Part shown: in pieces, positions 63,273 to 64,000 of the stretch
Layout: every line of letters begins with the position of its first letter
Position numbering within the stretch: the stretch's first letter is position 1
Virus record (IMG/VR): IMGVR_UViG_3300034069_001731
Span: 2,811-66,810 of that record
Length of the DNA: 64,000 nt
Source of the DNA: a virus
Strand: one strand, 5' to 3'
Notes under the pieces: model-generated
What the model was told of the DNA's origin: nothing
Database searches by the model: none
Seen by the model: only the letters and a program-made list of their open reading frames with translations
Program-made: the position numbers and the translations under genes

Positions 63273-63553
63273 GAGGCGGCCCCTTCCGTGGTCAGGGCTT
63301 CCAGCATGCCGCAGCTGATCGCCCAGACGAGTTCGCGGAACGGTTTGTCGATCGCCATCATGATGGTGAGCTGCCGGTCCCGATCCGGGAGACGGTTCAT
63401 GACGGCCTCCATGGCTTCCGGGAACTCGCTCGACGTCGATGCGATCTCGTCCATCGTCATCGCGGCGAGCAGCGTCGCGTATCCCTTGGCTGACCTGTCG
63501 TTGGACGACGTGATCTTGAAGCGGGCCTGGAGCTTGGTGAGAGTCTTGGACAT
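63269..63553 (-). CDS. Small helical protein, paralog array member 2
   Basis: LQARFKI...GMLEALTTE. Confidence 0.65.
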   Translation of the reverse strand: MSKTLTKLQARFKITSSNDRSAKGYATLLAAMTMDEIASTSSEFPEAMEAVMNRLPDRDRQLTIMMAIDKPFRELVWAISCGMLEALTTEGAAS

Positions 63554-63563
63554 CGGGGTCCCC

Positions 63564-63797
63564 TCAGGCTTCGGTGCTGAGCATCATGGCGATGCCCATG
63601 GCGACGCCGCGGTTGAATTGGTACGAGGTCGGCGGCATCCCGCGGACGGCGTCGAAACCGTCCTCGAGCGGGCTCTGGACGGCCGCGATGTCGGTATCCA
63701 TCGCAGCCGACGCGATCCGGGCCGCCACCACGATCGGGTCGGTCTCGTGGTGTCCCTCGAGTCCGAGGCGCTTCAGGAGCGCGGCGGCCCGCTCCAT
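63564..63797 (-). CDS. Small helical protein, paralog array member 1
   Basis: LLKRLGL...GIAMMLSTE. Confidence 0.65.
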   Translation of the reverse strand: MERAAALLKRLGLEGHHETDPIVVAARIASAAMDTDIAAVQSPLEDGFDAVRGMPPTSYQFNRGVAMGIAMMLSTEA

Positions 63798-64000
63798 CAG
63801 CTCTTCGCCACGGTCGCGGCGGCGGTCGCCGGGGACAGCACCCCCGAGGACGCAGCGGCGGCCACCACGGGATCGATGCCAGCGGCCACCTGGGCGGCGG
63901 GGCTCAGGGCGGCGGCGGGCGCGGCCACGGCGGACGGGAGGGCCACGGTGGCGACGGGCGCCACAGGGGCGACGGGCGCCACGGGGGCCACGGGCGCCAC
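63797..64000 (-). CDS. C-terminal part of an Ala/Pro/Val-rich protein with VAP repeats (5' end outside window)
   Basis: Frame open to the window edge; 9-bp VAP repeat units near 63940-64000; TGATG overlap. Confidence 0.6.
   Translation of the reverse strand: MAPVAPVAPVAPVAPVATVALPSAVAAPAAALSPAAQVAAGIDPVVAAAASSGVLSPATAAATVAKS

Noticed and set aside
1-64000. CRISPR array, DGR/retron reverse transcriptase, IS elements, introns/inteins, stop-codon reassignment
   Set aside because: No regular repeat-spacer array, RT or transposase motifs seen; TerL, RecA and capsid are uninterrupted and of normal length; TAA, TAG and TGA all end conserved genes

Overview
The window is one continuous segment of a large, GC-rich, temperate tailed phage (myovirus with a P2/Mu-type contractile tail). 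The host is most likely an alphaproteobacterium, inferred from a circularly permuted two-piece tmRNA, an alpha-type RecA and a tRNA-Pro att core. It opens with the 3' part of a tyrosine integrase next to a 45-bp tRNA-Pro(GGG) 3'-half core with phage-like genes on both sides, which looks like attP (excised or virion form). From 0.8 to 13.6 kb, mostly on the + strand, lies an accessory island: RNAP alpha-CTD-like protein, dCMP deaminase, adenine MTase, RNA ligase, orphan S74-chaperone tailspike, SAM MTase, SLOG protein, TerC/TerB, tmRNA and a two-gene NAD+ salvage pathway (NadM-Nudix plus NAMPT). From 64 kb down to 13.7 kb nearly everything is on the - strand: small paralogous genes, six tRNAs, RecA, a glycosyltransferase plus UDP-glucose dehydrogenase, terminase, head, neck, baseplate, fibres, sheath and tube, tape measure, lysis cassette, a secreted protease, a phosphoesterase-fold protein, a MotA/ExbB-like three-gene membrane module and dNMP metabolism genes. 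Replication and repressor genes are not in the window. The best leads beyond ordinary annotation are: (1) the phage-borne MotA/ExbB-ExbD-like ion-motor triad; (2) a genome-wide TTTGC-N6-GCAAA operator-like motif at about 15 gene starts; (3) an array of GGGAU-pentaloop hairpins in the scaffold leader; (4) two unannotated structured RNAs, one after tRNA-Asn with mutually complementary loops and one between tmRNA and terB; (5) a tmRNA with a divergent tag; (6) an alpha-CTD-like protein. All protein calls come from motif recognition by eye; no database search or folding program was run.
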